From positions 868,001 through 932,000 of the forward strand of contig JAQGDQ010000026.1 in NCBI GenBank assembly GCA_030141605.1: 64,000 nt of DNA, read 5' to 3'. A model generated the notes under the pieces. It did no database searches, was not told where the DNA came from, and saw only the letters and a list, made by a program, of their open reading frames with translations. The stretch's first letter is position 1, and each line of letters begins with the position of its first letter. The position numbers were made by a program, and so were the translations under genes. Shown here in pieces: positions 41,901 through 56,900 of this stretch. This stretch comes from Tubiluchus corallicola (Eukaryota; Animalia; Priapulida).

Positions 41901-44900
41901 TTTACTGCACGATAAATTGGACAAAAACTCTGTACAAAAAATCAACAAAGACCAATGTTTAGTGACATATTCCTGAAAATTTTTTGCTAAAATTTAGCAA
42001 ACTGAGACTCAAGCTATCTACCTCTAAACATCGGAAACCTTATGTGAGTAAACTACAGAACTAAAATAAATAAATAAGAATTCGTTTCCCAAAATATGCA
42101 AACCATGCAAATACTAGCATGTTATTAATGGTAAAAAGCAAAAAGGAGAAAATATACAAATACTACATATTTGTATCACCACTGTGATAACTGAAAATTC
42201 ACGTGTTTTTAGCTAATAGTTTTAAGATGTCTAATGTAAATATCAAAGACATAAAAAATGTGCAAGCAAAATAAAATAACCTATAGAAACTTAAAAAGTA
42301 ATCCTGCTTAAATCTCTGGCTGGTCCTTCACTCCTGCAAGTGTAATGGACAGAATTACACTGACAGGTAATTGCCCCACACACAAGGTATTACGACACGT
42401 TCAGACTAGAGAGTATTCTCTGAAAGTTCTCACAATGAATAGAGCTTGTCTGCAAGAAACTCCCAAGAGAACTCTCAGCAACTCTCGGAAAATTTTCAAA
42501 AACTTGCGACAGAACTCGCAATGCCGTTCACATTTGCAAGCTTACTCTCAGAGAGAGATCTCGAGAGAAAACATGCTAGTCTGAACGTGCCGTTACTGAT
42601 CCTTTTCAAGTAAAAACATGCTGAAGTAAAGTCATTTGGCATGAAAAAGATGCCATTTCACATGTAATGGATCAGGACTGACAATGTCTTTTAACGACCA
42701 AACTGTCAAATATTCAAAAATAAAACAAATCCATCAATTTAGTATCAATATGAATGCTTAGAACAAAATGCCAAACATTTAACAATATATTTCCAATTAC
42801 ATCGAATAATACCAACCATAGAATCCTGATAACAGAGAAAAACACAAACATATACAAAAAAGTAAGCAAGCAAAAAAATAAAAGAAAATAGATCGTTGAG
42901 TACAGTCCATCAAAATATTGCATAAAATCATTGAAATTCAGCTACCTCACATAGTAGAATTATGTTATTAGTCAAGACAGTCACAAAATGAATAAACATC
43001 ATTACTACACAATATAACAATTGTGCTTACTGTGTCTAAGGTCTCCCCCAACTGCAAGAGTTTCTATACAAGAAAGATTAAAGTCAGTACAAAATTTTTG
43101 CAAAATAAACAATTAAATGGTGACGGAACTCATTTATCTATCTGGACGAAGTGTTAAAAAACGTTTTTTGCAACACTTAAGACTTAACACCCAATGAAGT
43201 TGCAGTCATTCTGAACACAATTTATGTAAAAAATGAAACGTTGCTTACATTCTTACTTGCATAAATAGTAACAATGAATAAAATGTTGAAGCACACAAAC
43301 ATTTCACTAAGTTTTTATAGATAAAACTCTTGCATTTTATTTTTGAAAAACAAACTTGTAGCTCTTGCAGCATTGCGACTACTGCTAGAATTCACTCTTT
43401 TGTTACAAAGGTGGGACATTTGAATGACTTTCACACATACATGTTTATAGACAATTTTCACTAGACTACCATTACAAGATGTATTGTCATTATAACATTC
43501 TTGTTGTAATACCTTTTAACATTAACAAACATTAGTTTGCAGTTAAGACACCTCTGCAAATTTAGTTTGTAATTATTGATAAAGAACTACACTCCAGTCC
43601 TGGCATGACTGTCAACATTAATAGGTCTTGCATTAACTGGCAGATACCCTATTACACTGTGAAAATTTTCACATAAAAAATTAGGGTCAGTAGCATGAAT
43701 TAAGTTCAATTAATTGATAAAATCTAGTACATGTATATGAAACCGATGATATGTCATACAGCAGAAACTTTTTCTAGATTAATTTACCACCATTTGAGGA
43801 TTACTTCAACTTCAAAAAGACAAGTATTGATTTATTTTCACAAATGGGTAGAAAATCTTATGGCAAATTTATAATACTTATTTAATTTTATGCACAGAAA
43901 AAATGTTTTATAAAGTTGCAAACATTGTAAATAAGATGCAAGTGAGAAACAGTGAGTATGCTCATTCAAACGTGCACCCCAAGTCTATTAGTAGCTTAAA
44001 AGTGTTACCTTCGTGGCGATCCGTGTAAAATTTTCTGGATAACTCCTATGAGAAGCAGGAAGTGACATAACAATTATGTAGCAGCACAGAGTGATAGACA
44101 AAGACAGGGTGATAGCAGGGTAATGGCTGCCTAAATTTTACTTGTAATTGCATGCTTAAAAATTGATTTTCCTTTAAATAAAAATTAAAGTTATAGCGCG
44201 AAAAAATTTGTGTAAGCTCAGTTACGATTACAAGTACAAAATAGACAGTCACTGTAGCAAGCAATTTAAAGTAGGAATTAATGTGGGGTTGCAGGTGCCT
44301 TGAAATGCTAAAGTATGTCTGCGCTGATATTATGAGATATTGTGTAGCACACAGCATACTGTTACCACCTTCAAACTGTAGGGATCTGCAGGTTTAGTAG
44401 GTACAGTTTCACAAAAAATGAAATGGCGAGTTGGAAGACTATTTCTTAGGGGGAAAAATAGCAGAAAATCTCAGGGCAATAAATTTTGTTTGTCTGTTAT
44501 TATAACTTGAACAAAAATGCTTTTTTCAAAAACCTGAAGCACCGAAGCACAACATAACAAGTAACTTATTAATTTCAATTCTGTTCGACTTTATTGAACT
44601 ATGGAGGTAAAGGGAACGGATGGTCTGCTTTCTTTCAAAAAATCAGCAGCAGCAATGATCTCACAGCCTCATCAAAATCGCCAAAATGAACTTGACAAAA
44701 CTGGCAAATGATAATAATAATTTAATTTAAACCGGCACAACTATTAAAATATATTTAAAGCATAAGGCATTAACAAATGAGAAAAATTCAATAACTGGTT
44801 GCAAATGTTCATGCTTTTTAAGCCAGCAAAATATAATTATGTTGAAGTATTTACAAATAAGGTCTTTGCACAAATGAAAAACATGCTAAAATTTTTGCAA

Positions 44901-47900
44901 CAATGGGTTGTCATGCATAAATGGGAAACATGCGAACGGGGGTGTGGGAGTACAGTTAAAGTGGTGGCAGTCTGCAGTCCACAACAACAACAAGGCACCA
45001 CAGTTATTAGCCCAGCCTTAGCGAGACAGTCGCCAAGACATCGCTGTCAATAACCTTCGCAAGGACGAGATAAATCCTCCGAGGCGGTGCTCTGAGTTTT
45101 AACCATCCGACGCGCCACACTCTGTGATTTGCAACGTCGAAAATCAGCCGCTCTCTGCTTTTGGATTTTCTGTGTAGGTGGACTTATAGAAATAAGCTGC
45201 CCATTTACCTAGCAGCATTTAATAATAGAAACAATCTAAACACATGTCACAAGTTAGTAATAAAAATTACTGCAAGAGCCCAACTGTCAAAATTATACAG
45301 TGACAGATTACATGACACAAACTGCAGGAAGAACTTAATAAAAATATTAAGTAGTATCTTAGTACTGTTTCAGGATATCTTAGTAACGAAATGCATACAC
45401 AAAACGCATAACGTGTTAAAGCTTTTACTCGCTTTAAGAAAATTTAAAGTTAGTATTATTCAGTTGAAGACAAAATTCACTTGCGATTTCACATAGTAAT
45501 CTAGTAATATTACAAAAAATTAGTGTTCAACATAATTTAAATGTTAATTTCAGTGCTGTTATTGTAGTACAATTACTGTAAAAAACTCCAAGTGGAGAAA
45601 GAAAAAGCCTTCCGTTTCAAATTCAGTTTTTTACCTGTTCAAGAGTAGGTGACTTTGACCTATCATCTCCATTGTCCGTGTTGCCTTGCTGCATTGCTGC
45701 TCGTTGCTTAGGCGACCGAGGCACTCGCTGATATGGATCGGCAGACCCTGCATAAAATAACGATATTCTGGTTGGTTTCAGAATGTAATTAAGAAATTAC
45801 TGATGATATTCTGCTACATTCAGTCATTTTGTTTTAGCAATTCTATGGAAACAAAAATTAGAAAGATCATTTGAAATTCTTTAATAAACTTTGAAGCTCT
45901 AAATCTTAGCCTAAATGTTTTAGCAATTCTATGGAAACAAAAATTAGAAAGATCATTTGAAGTTCTTTAATAAATTTTGAAGCTCTAAATCTTAGCCGTT
46001 TTGGTAGTGTCACTTATTTGATCAGTATGAAAACATCTTTTTTAAGAATGATAAGCAAATAAATAAATATAAAGATGTTCACTGCATGATATCCGCTAAC
46101 CTGACCCAATTATGCTGGAGAAGCCAAAGTAAAACTAATAATCTGGTGTGATTAAAATTTAATTAATTTACAATACAAATTTGCACTGTGCATTTACCTA
46201 ACAGTACAATGTTACTATTCACTGAATAGTTTTAAATTAATGTCTAATTACTAACTTAAACACCCTGTTAAAAAATTATAACGCTTACAAGTACCGAAGA
46301 AAAATAAAAATCAAAAGCTTTTCTCAAGTCCACAAAAATGTATTACATTTAAATAATCAATATGTAGCAGAGTGTGGTTTGTCAGCAAATGCACCACTAT
46401 CAAACACTCTCTTATTCAACTGTCCACTTACTGAGCAGCCAGGATTTCACTATTACATCTCTACTCACCATATAGATCAGGTGTTCCCATATTAAGAAGT
46501 ACAACTTTATTTAGGTAGTCAACTATTGCTAAACCGTACTGATTACCAAATGCCAACCTGTAAAATATCAAAACCCATTCATTCATGTTAGAGCTACAGC
46601 TGCTAATCAAAGTAACATGCAAACAATAGAAATTAGTAATCGGAAGGAAAATAATTATATTCTAAAACTTAATACCTATACAAAGTTTAATAGAGTTGTG
46701 GCTAAAGACAATAAACTATAACTATAGATGAAAGCAACTTACAATCCATAAGAAGAGTTTAGTGTGAGACTTGAAACAATGCTTGGTGGTTCACCATCTA
46801 CATATGTTAACAGACAAATTAGATCTGCCTGATAGCCAGCAGCACGTTTGTGAGGCCCTTGTTTGACCCGTAGAGTTGTTTGCCTATCAATCTGCAATAA
46901 AGGCATCATTTTACACACACACACCTACATTATACAAAAAAAAGAATTTCAAACCTCTCAAAAGCATCTGCTGCAATAATAACCTCATTAACAATAATCT
47001 TGATATTAAAATTATAATATTTAATTAATGTTCTACAGCCGAGAGAAATCACAATTCCATGATAAGAAATAAGGAGGAAAACGAAGTTCTAAAGCTGAAG
47101 ATACAAATGCCATGAGTAAGTAATGTTGCCAGGATAGGTTTACTATGTATAGCAAAAAACCAAAACGGCATTCTATGAGCATGTTTCAATTCACACTGAA
47201 AATAACAAGCAAACTGGACGTATTTTAACTGCCCTTTGAGTGAATGTTAATGTCAACAGCTTTGCCATCAATTTTCTTTCAAATACCATTCAACATAACT
47301 TGTGTAAGGGGGTATTAATCTTGTTATTCAAAATTTTGCAGATTCTACAAAATTAGTGATTGTAAACAAATGTGATGTTGAAACAAAAGGTGCTCTATAG
47401 ATGTGCTGACAACCTTTCTAAATGGAATCTTGGCTATTACAGCTAGTGATAAATTGTGCATAAAAATTATCTCAAGTAATCCGATTCTTTCGACCAAATT
47501 GGTAAAAAATGATATAACTAGGCATAATAATGTTTCATTCTATGCCCAAAATACTGTGAAACAATATTTCACGATACTGTGTAACATACCTTGTTTTTGC
47601 TATCATCAGAACTGCTATGAGAACTAAAGCTGCTATGCTGAGGTATGACCTTCATATTTAGCCCAGAACCAGGCTGACATTCAAAATCTGGTGAATCAGT
47701 CTCTTCGTAAATCTCATACACTATAGACACTTCTAAAAACTGTAAAAAAATGACATCAGGCAAATGCTTCTTCAGAACTACTATCACAAATACATTGCAC
47801 AACAGATAATAATGTCATTTGACTGATATGATCAGACAATGTACGAGATTTAAATACTATAAAAATTTCGTGAAATTGAGTGATACAGAATAAAAATAAG

Positions 47901-50900
47901 TCAGGAACACATTTTTTAAAATGGGAGAGTAGAATTTAACTGTGTGCATCAATATACATATTACTAAATTTCAGTAGCGGTTAACATTTAGTGCCATAGC
48001 ATTTACTCAGTCCATCAATAAATTACTAAATCATGGCTATGGGAAAACTACATAGACGAGAATATGAAAGTCAATTGTTTATTGCAGAAACAAAAAACAG
48101 GATATTTCAAAAGAAATAGTGCAGTATAAACGTGACAAAATGATTCTGGACTTCTGCATTATGAATATCACAAAGGGTAAAAATAGTACTATATTTTTTA
48201 TATCATCATTACGATTTTTTATGATCTAACATACTTACTGAACTTAATATGGTACAATATTGATAACCTTATCGCATTTCGTTAGTGCATTGTTTTTTTG
48301 GAACAGCCTGTATATGCTACTAACTCTAACATACCGGTACTTCAGCAACAGATTCTTGCTTGCTGAATCGAAACATGACAATTTGTCCACTAACACCAGC
48401 TATGGCAAACAACCTACTCTCAGGGCACAAATACATTTTTTCAATAGCAAATGGGTCCTCCTCAGGATCTAGCTTGATGTCCGTTTTAGGTTTGTGCTTA
48501 TCAAAAACTTTGGCTGTCTTCAACTTGTACAGCACTTGCAGTGTTACTACATTAAAAGAAACATTCCATGTTTATATTGTGCTAATTTTATTTTATAATT
48601 CATAATTTTTTGGGTTAAAACATATTTACAAGAGCATATGGACATTACATACAAAATACCAAAAAAATAAAGATAAGTACAAGATGGTACATAACACATT
48701 ACAAAACATAAAAACAACATCAACTCTGATGTATGTCATAAACCCAACTACACATGCACCTGCAACACTCTAAAATTGATAACAAAATTAACCATCAAAT
48801 TGTATAAATATTAAATTTTATAGATTCGTCCTATTTAGAAAACATTTACTTATTAAATAACAAACAATTATTAATAATTCTTGGACATTGTTTCCTGCCA
48901 AAAACAAATAGTTATCATCTTTGTTCACGGTTGTAAAGTCAGGACATATGCTTGCAATATAAGTGAAGACTTCTTCTCTAACTTATATATGTTTTTATAT
49001 TTTTTATAAATAATTAAGAAATGCTGCTCGTCTTCAATGCCTGATTCGTTGCATAAGCGCTGGTTAATAGGAAGCTTACGATGTCTTCCTGTTTCAATGC
49101 AAACTGGTTTGAAATTTCGAAAAAGCTATTTTAACCATTTTTGAAATTCCTGCACTACCAAACAATTTTCTAGCTTAACTCTTGTCTAAATTAGCAACAA
49201 TTCCTTTGTTTATTTCTTTTATTATTTTTTCTAATAGGCTTACTAATTTCGAATTTCCAGTTCGCTGCATAGATGATTTCTAATTTTCTCTTGAATGTCC
49301 AAATAAGTAGCTTTTTATTGATGGTAGCTTGGTTTTCCGACAAAGTCATATGTCATACACCTTAAATATCGCACTATTTGCTTTCTACAATAATTAATTA
49401 ATTAATCAAAAAGTTTTATTCGTCAGGATGTAACACCTATGTACAGGCCATAGGTGTTAATATTTAGATCCTGCAAATTCTAATCTCAAGGATGCGGTTC
49501 AAATCTCAACAAGCTCGCAATTTTTCAGCGTCCCCATTTTTTAAGTTTCTAGCCATGAGGTTAATTGTTGTTTAACACAAGCTGCTTAGGTTGCTAATTC
49601 TGACTTATCACAGTTAAAATCCAAACCTGATTTTTCTACAATAGTTATGAATTTGTTTAAACAGGTGACCACACACACAATTTGTCATCCAAACTTGCAT
49701 AATTAAAGGAGGAAGCAATGAGTTAATGACGCAGTTGGAATTACTGTATTTCAGTTTTTCTTGTTGTCTAAAAGTAAAAGCCTAAAAAGCCTGATTGTTG
49801 AAGTAATCCATAAACGACTTCATAGTTACATTGCATTAGACGTATTTGGTACTACTCATATACGTATTTCCATTTCATAATGCTATTTGCACAAATACAT
49901 TCAACAAATACGTAATATAATATTGCGACATAGTGTTGAGACTACTTACCGGCAGAGGCATCCCAAAATTTCACAGAGCCATCAGCATGTCCTGTAATAA
50001 TAATTTCGGGATAACTCTGGGTCGTCATACCCCACTCTCCACCATTTATTGGCCAGTCCTGAAATTAACCAAATAACAAAGCACATATCATTACACTATA
50101 AACCATTCATAGCCTTACAAATTAACTACAGTGTCAGAATCATCACAGCTATTGAAAAAAGTGACATAAAATAATGTAAAAAGAATTATTGTTTGAAGCT
50201 AAAGAAATGTCAGTCGTCAGCTAAAGAAAGTCAAACTGAACTACTAATGTACTGAAGTATAAAGCTCAGTTGTAATTAGATACACTACCCGAACATTTGA
50301 AAAACATGTATCAAGTAGCTGCAATGAAGTGGTAAAACAAAAGAAAGGAAAAGCTGTGTACAATAACCATTCTTACTGCAAATTATGAAATTAATAAAAA
50401 AGTGAAAAAATAAAAAATAATGGCCATGTGACTGAGTAGGATTATTATAAAGCTGGTAGCATATGGGCAAACCTACTAACTGCACATGTGCCTTCAAATC
50501 TTCAAAGTAAGTGCAAAAACAGAATCCTACTAGCATATTCAACTAGCAATTTTCTAACGCAAAACTTAGATTATAATCAGTTATATGTATGTCAATTCAG
50601 TTTGCTTCAGGATAAAGCATTTGATTAAAAAATGCTTTCATTTATCATATTAATGAAGGAATTTAATCAATACATTCTTCCCAAAATTTGTGCCGTAAAA
50701 TGTAGGATTGTGAAATTTCATTGCAAATTTTTCAAGCGTATCGTAAGATTAATTTAAACCAACTCAAGGACAAACACTCATAAATGCAGCAAAAAGATAC
50801 AGACAGTGCATGCTGGCTTCACAAAGGCTCAAAAGCACACAAAGAAACCTTAAAGCTGCTTAGTGGACCTGACACTGCGATCACCAGGGATCGGTTCATG

Positions 50901-53900
50901 AACAAAGGCTGTTATAGATTGCCAGGGCTAGGAAGATTGTCTCCAATAACTGACGATACAAGCACGGCAATCAAGCAGTAGTAACTTTAGGATTGCTTTA
51001 ATTAGTCAAGGCTTATACGATACTAGTTTTCATTAACTGGTGAAATGGGTAGCATTCAATACAAAGAACTTGTCTTGCTTTTTTATTCACTGCGCACTAC
51101 AAGCAGGTAACAATCAAGGGCATAACAAACTTATTACGCTTACAGTTGTGGAAGAATTTTGAAGATAGTCTTCTACATAGTAACGGGCAGTGGCCAGTGA
51201 ACGAACAGTAGTGTTCGGTGATCGCTGAACATGTTCTGATGGCTCATCATTAAATTATTAATCGGTTCGGCAAATTATAGAGCGGGTCACGCCATAAAAT
51301 TGCTGAACTTATAAGAAAATGTAAAAATAAAATACTTAAAACTTATAGCAGAAGTTTTGAAATATTTAGCACACTAGCTTGTCACACTCTTGGTTTGCTT
51401 GCTAACTTTAAGAATGCTCATAAATTAAGGTTAGGAATAATACTATTGCTTACAGTTACCTTACCAAGGTAATGTAACTTGAAGAGGATTGGCTTTTTAT
51501 TTTTATTTGCTGCCTAGGTGTTCACTGAGAGTATGAAAAATAAAAGCATATTATATAAATCTACCCATTCAAAGAAACCTGCATGCACATTTATTTTTAA
51601 ATAAGTTTCAAGGAAAACTGGTTTAGAAAAACCCTGCCCATCAAACTACCCATTCACTAAACCTATGTGAATTCACTAAAACTATATGAAAGTGGTTTCA
51701 TTTTGGAGAAACTGGTTTGACTAAAACCCATTGTGCTTGGTATATTTAATGGGCAAACCTTTAAATATACCTTTGTCAGCCTATGGGTATATAAATAGCA
51801 ATCTATAGTAAAAGATTATGGAGGATGTGTGCGTGTGTATGTTTGTCTGCTTTATGCACGCCTCAGCTATTATACCTAAAAAGTTGAAACTTGGCACACT
51901 GATGGAGTTTTTGTCAATCGATTCGTTTATTGTACAATAAGTAAAAATAAAAAAGCTAGCAATTTTAGTACTCAGTGATAAGGTTGGGCCTATGGAAATT
52001 GACAAAATGACCGTGTTTCAATATAGATATTGGATAGGTATTTTAACAACCGATTTTCTTTTCCCATTTATAAGAATCTGCACGAATATAATTCTGCAAA
52101 GAAAGTCTCCCAAACATTACCTTTTAATTAAAATAACCAAATAAAAAAACAGCATAATACTATCTAGCAAGTAATTTGTTATTTAGCTGCAATTACTTCT
52201 GCTGCATATAACAACTTCTAGATCCATGCCACACAAAGAAAGGCGTAAGGAGCAAGCCATAATCCATAATCCGCAAGCCATAAAGCGTCTTCTACCCTCC
52301 ATAAGACGTATATCATAATCCGCTGTATGCTTTTTAATGTTTATGAGACCATTCTGTTATGAATTATTATGACACAAATAAATAGTGAACTATAAAAACC
52401 ACAAACATGCTAATTACAGCATTTGCAATGACCAAAAATGTTTATGGCCAAATTCATTTTGCAATAAGGTGCCTCGTGAACTGCTCAAAACGACTTGTGA
52501 GGATCCTATCGCAGATGATGGCTTATGGTAGGCAAATCGTGGTATGTGGAAGATGGCAAATGGATTATCTGTGTGACGGGAATGTTCATTTTTCATAAGG
52601 CGGCTCTTTCTCCTCATGGCTTAAGCTTACAGATTATGTCCAGTTCTGTCTGACAGGCCTTATAGTGAAGATACTACGTTTCAGTTAATGCACACATTCA
52701 TGCACAACTGTTTTTACCTTTTCACTGAAGCCAGTTCGTTTTTGCTTGGCACCGACACTGTAGAAGGCAGGTATCAGATCTGTTGGACAATCAGCCAGAT
52801 AAATAATACATGTGACAGGAGATTCATGAATGTCCATGGGATATGGGTTCTCAAAACATGGATACCTATTACAAAATCGTAAGAGCATTTAGCATTGGTA
52901 TTAAAGTACAGTAAAATCATTTTCTGAAAGTCAAATAAGATTTTTCATTTTTAATAAAACTGGAAAGAAATAGAAAAGATTTCTTACCTTTATAATGTTT
53001 TTTACTTGCTGTTGCCTCAATATGCAACAATATACTCTCTATATCATCATCATCATCATCACCATCGTTGTCATCGTCGTCGTCGTCATCGTCATACACA
53101 AATGTTTACTTAAGGACAAACTACAACTCACCCATTGGAAGTCAAATCCACAACAACCAAATCATTCTCCAATAATACAACAATAGCATATGGCTCTTGA
53201 AACTCTAAAAAATACACAGACGGGTAATCATTAAATCCTTCCTATGTAATTTACACTTTCCAGCATATACATTTTATTGGGTTTGGTTGTTGTTTGATGA
53301 TTCAAATAATGTTAATTTAAAAATGATACATTAAATTTCAGTACACTGACAACTTGTGCTGTGCTATTGTGTGGAGAGCTTACAGTACATAAGCAATGAC
53401 AAAGGAATGATTTTACAACTATGAATAAACAATGATCAGTTTAAGCCCAGAAACAGCAGCACTTGAATGTAATGAATGCAAAGTATTAATTGTTATGCAA
53501 TAGTCAATATGCAGGGTCATTAATAAGCTTTTTTGCACCATACATAACTGATTATGTCATACTTTAATTATAAAAACACGCCATAAACTGCGAATTTACT
53601 GATTTAACCATGCCATTAATTCATTGGAAACAACGTTATCTAGACTTGCACACTGCATTTTGCATTATTTATCGCTGGCAAGTTTTTGCTTAACAGAAGG
53701 CTGCTAACAACTACTAGTAAGCCTTTATCCCCATAGCAAGTGACAGCAAGGTCTGCTATACACTGTCTCTAGTGAATTCATAACGACTGCAAACACACAA
53801 TCTTCACACGCTTCGACAACGTAAACCCAATCACAGAAGAATTTATTGCACAATATATAACCGCATCAATAAATGCTGCCTATAGGTTTGCTAGTAATCA

Positions 53901-56900
53901 AAATTTATAGATCAGCAAAGCCTGATCTATTACAGCAGCATATGCATTTTACAGCTTCCGCTTTCACACCGCAACCACAACCGTTCATTTTGCGAAGATG
54001 AAAAAATATCAAAAGATATTGATTTACAGGCTGAAATGCACCGTAGGATGTTTCACTCATCTAGTATTTCTGCAAGCTCTTACCACACATTACATTTTCA
54101 TTGTCTGTAATCTGTAATAATCTCAACATAAAACTACTGCAGGTCAATGTCATGCAGGTCAAAACACTTAAGACTGATCGTAACTGTAGTTTTCAAAATG
54201 GGATTTTGATGCATTTCTACCAAACATTCTTGCTGGATGTGCAAAACAAACTGTGTTTTAAAGCAGCAATATTGGCAAAACAAACAACTTCTATTAGCAG
54301 TAAATGCAAAAAAAAACAGGTCTGAATTATAAAAAAATGTGGAAAAGGTTGTAATTCAATGTGACAGATTACGCAGGTAACACTATAACATGATATGCAG
54401 CTACTGGCGTTCAAATTATGACATGCATTTCCATAATGGAAAATTCTTTCATTTAGTTACCAAATTTGATAATGTAACATTTTCTATCATGAAATCCAAT
54501 ACTGCTTTTTAAGAGTTACAAATAACGTCTACCAAAAATTTTAAAACTTCTCATCTAATGCATCAGAAAACAATTGGATTCTTGCCAGGAAACATCCCCA
54601 ACTACTGCCCTCAAAATTTCCAACGTCTCCTTGGGGTAATGAAATGCATTAATTAATAAATACTAGTGTACCATGCTAAATTAGGCCGTATAAATCAATA
54701 AGCTCACCACTCTGATACGGAGTTTCGCACAAGCAGATAAAATCCACAATGTTATGCTCCATCTCCAGTACCGTGGTCGTCTTGCCATGGATTACAGTCA
54801 AACTTGGTGTCCTGCCGGCTTTGTCGTATGTTAATCCGCCGGAAAACACAATAAATGAGTCCCTGCAAAATTGACAGCAACATATAGGTAAAAGACAATG
54901 GTCGTTCATTCAATAAAAAGACCATTACCGGAAGGCAAATTGTGCAATTGCTAATACCCATAGGGGAGCTTCTTCTACTTGAAGCAACGAGCCATTAAAC
55001 AGGCTATGCAATAAAAGTAGGGCAATATAATTATTTAATAGAACTTTGCTGCAAGAAAGGCAATATACGTCCAATGGCGAGAAACAAAACAACACATAAT
55101 GTTTCCTGAAATAGGACTCCTGTACATTTGTTCTATAAATTTGTTCGATAAAACACATATTAACTAACAGCTATGGGTCAAGTCTGAAATTAGGAGTTAA
55201 TATCTTAACATTTATTATTTTTTAGGCACTACTGAAGCAAAGAATGAAAAAAGTATGCAAACAACTTTTGAGAGAACTGATTTATCCAAGGGGACTGTCC
55301 CATTATTGCAACTGTTTCAATGTCTGTATGCAATTTTGAACCGGAACAAATGACAGTTTCTTAGTTTCATGAAAATAAAACTCACTAAACTTCTAAATCC
55401 ATAAAAAATAAAAAAAGACATCCAAAACCAATTAGTTAACTAACTAATCAATGTCCCTTAACCATGGACCTTAATTGTACTAAGGTAAAGTTACTGTGCA
55501 GATGTACTATACAGCAATAACTTATATGAGCATGTAGCTCTATGATACAGTGCATGAATTTTAATTTCGAGAAGTTTAACTACAGGTTTCAATTCTGACA
55601 GATTCATATTTTCCAGCACGTCTTTCATTCAGCACATCAGTAAATTGGTCATTATAGTTCATTCAGTGGTATCACTGTCGGCTACGTTGTTACACAAACT
55701 GCTTTCAGAGGTTCATAAGCAGTAAAAAAGATTATTGGGTTTGTGATAATTATGAAAACTATCGAGAACTATGGCTGCATACAGTATAAATGCACAACAA
55801 TGCTATCCTCATGATAAGGTTAGCTGCTAAACACAGCTCCTTTGAAATCTGCATTCTTTTCTTTTTAGCTTTTCTGAAGCTCTTGAAAATTTGGTTGGCT
55901 GCATTTACATTTCTGTTTACAGGCATTTTTTAGAACAAATACGTAAAATATTTCTTGGTAGTGACGCAAAGCAACCCAAAACAATCATCCCACAGGGAAA
56001 ACAATCTCATTTTTGAACCACTTTCTTAATTTAGTGCTTTTTCCAGATCTCTTTTCTGAGATCATGAATTATTCAAGAAGGTAAACCTGTAGAATTATTG
56101 TTACACTCAAATTTTGTCTTTTGTGCACATTTTCTACTATGACTTTTTGGTAAACTTTGACTTCCATCATGAAAAGTGATCACCATTTTCACTTTGCCTT
56201 TTTCTGTCACACAGGAGCCAGCTGTTACAAAGTTTTTCAGTTACTAAGTTAATTAGATGAACACACCAGTCTACTAAATTACAAAACTTATCAAAGGGGT
56301 TTCAATACACCTAATCTGAGTAAAAACAGAGTTCTATCAAACAGCTAGCAGAGAGAATGCGTCCTCCACAACAAAAAGATGCAACATCTCCATCTGACAT
56401 TTCAAATGCATATGAATCATCTTCGTTCATCAGACGTTAAAGGGCACAGCAAATACCATTATCTGTTGGCCAGCTATAGAGAATTTTCCCAAAGGTCATT
56501 ATATCATAAATCAAGTAAGAAAATAGTGAAAGATTAAAGACAAAATGCAGTCACAAGAACAGCTGTGTCACAAGAACAACCTCCTTCTTCGAAGACTTGC
56601 TCATCAAAGAGTTTTCATACAAAATGACACAAATTCTGTCAATGAAAATTTTATAATTGTGTTATTGATACGTAGTAACATTAAGCAAGAAAGTATAAAT
56701 ATAACTGTACAAAATTTGTGGTTTTTGTTGTAATTCCAACCACATTACAGTACAACACTGGACCCCCTAAAACTCATAGACTCCAAGGTTACACCACCTC
56801 TCATAGCCATGCCTTATACCTGGTTTGGCAGACCTTATTTCACAACTCTAAATTTATTTGTTTATAAAAAGCTTGCTCTCAAGCCAAATCTACTTTCAAA

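Noticed and set aside
42281-42333. Possible additional tomosyn exon (53 nt)
   Set aside because: Reasonable acceptor but an in-frame TAA in the required phase and a weak donor; unsupported without transcripts.
52917-53186. Poly-Asp and poly-Ile/Val ORFs
   Set aside because: Trinucleotide microsatellite in a tomosyn intron.
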